DNA of 64,000 nucleotides from Gloeobacteraceae cyanobacterium SOY_34_metabat_159 (GTDB lineage Bacteria; Cyanobacteriota; Cyanobacteriia; Gloeobacterales; Gloeobacteraceae): NCBI GenBank assembly GCA_031399965.1, contig JANNPH010000002.1, positions 7,373 to 71,372 of the forward strand, read 5' to 3'. Shown piece by piece: positions 63,355 to 64,000 of this stretch (position 1 is its first letter; each line of letters starts with the position of its first letter). The notes under the pieces were generated by a model. It saw only the letters and a program-made list of their open reading frames with translations, ran no database searches and was not told where the DNA came from. The position numbers and the translations under genes were made by a program.

Positions 63355-64000
63355 TCAAAAAAAGTCCCAGCAAAAAGGCGGTGCGGTCTGCCAGGCCTGG
63401 TCGAGCAGGGCGAGCGGTGCGGGGTCGCCCTCGACTTCTAATTGCGCGCAGCGGTGGGCGTCCTGTGCGTTCCAGTAGCCGCACCAGAGCTGTGTCAGCC
63501 GTTCGACGCTGAGCTTCACCGTGGTCCTGGCCGACTGCGCGTCAAGGTGCAGTTGATGATCTTCAACACCCAGGGTTCTGCGGACGATACCGAGTACCGG
63601 GTCGTGGACTTCCAGATTGATCGAGAAGTTCGCAGTCGATTGAATGGGCCGGCCGTTGAACGCCGCATCAAGATCGACGATCCGCCACATGAAGGAGCTG
63701 TGGATGACCCCGAAGCCGCTGCCTAAAAAGGTGCGAATCGTGCGGTCGTGGGCACCGCGCTGCTCCTGCAACAGTTTGGGAAGCGGGTCGTGCGCGTCGC
63801 TATCCCAGGTGACGGCATCCACCTGATCGCGCTGGGCGGCAAGAAACCCGAGCAGGCCCCGGTAGGCGCGGCCCGAACACGCGACCCATTCGCGCACAGC
63901 GATGTGGGCAATTTCAGAACTGGCAGGCTCGGGCTCGTAGCACATGACGAGGTAGCCTTCGAGCGTCCTTCCCACCCAGTAGCCAAAAAGTTTGTAGTGC
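63355..64000 (-). CDS. Eis-like GNAT acetyltransferase, C-terminal part (SCP2-like domain); N-terminus lies beyond the window
   Basis: MWRIVDLDAAFNGRP and the terminal PPFCWDFF resemble Eis-family C-termini. The frame stays open to the window edge. Confidence 0.55.
   Translation of the reverse strand, partial: HYKLFGYWVGRTLEGYLVMCYEPEPASSEIAHIAVREWVACSGRAYRGLLGFLAAQRDQVDAVTWDSDAHDPLPKLLQEQRGAHDRTIRTFLGSGFGVIHSSFMWRIVDLDAAFNGRPIQSTANFSINLEVHDPVLGIVRRTLGVEDHQLHLDAQSARTTVKLSVERLTQLWCGYWNAQDAHRCAQLEVEGDPAPLALLDQAWQTAPPFCWDFF

Noticed and set aside
1-64000. CRISPR arrays, rRNA genes, IS elements/transposases and prophage integrases.
   Set aside because: I saw no regularly spaced direct repeats, no rRNA-like sequence and no DDE/tyrosine-recombinase-like ORFs. 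The only repeats found are the Uma2-derived pair, the 18-bp tandem duplication and the 14-nt motif triplet.

Overview
This is a high-GC, gene-dense bacterial chromosome window with a clear cyanobacterial signature: DevBCA-type exporter, SLH/OprB porin, a high-light-inducible protein, and DUF3084, DUF1995 and DUF309 proteins. A Gloeobacter-like origin is my inference only. Housekeeping genes include aroK, lpxD, maf, pgk, acpP, rplI, ffh-rpsP-KH-rpsU, tRNA-Ser(GCU), ispD, hpt and a split ADP-heptose pair. They are interspersed with accessory blocks. The most interesting block is a minus-strand contractile-injection-system (phage-tail-like, Afp/PVC-type) module at 31995-37159. It encodes a cap, a sheath, three tube paralogs, two tandem chaperone-like paralogs and an overlapping small ORF. 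It lacks any baseplate, spike, tape-measure or ATPase gene and is flanked by a Ser/Thr kinase and a divergent histidine kinase/LuxR regulator pair. The second block is an orphan lipid-loading operon at 5108-10181: MbtH, type II thioesterase, Sfp-type PPTase, and a FAAL-ACP-luciferase-like-monooxygenase fusion carrying a docking-like tail. Other notable items are a lower-GC islet bracketed by Uma2 endonuclease repeats, a G8/beta-helix secreted protein, a B3 metallo-beta-lactamase next to the tRNA, and several terminators whose orientation does not match neighbouring genes. I found no rRNA, CRISPR array or transposase. All calls come from reading translated motifs by eye; no database search was run.
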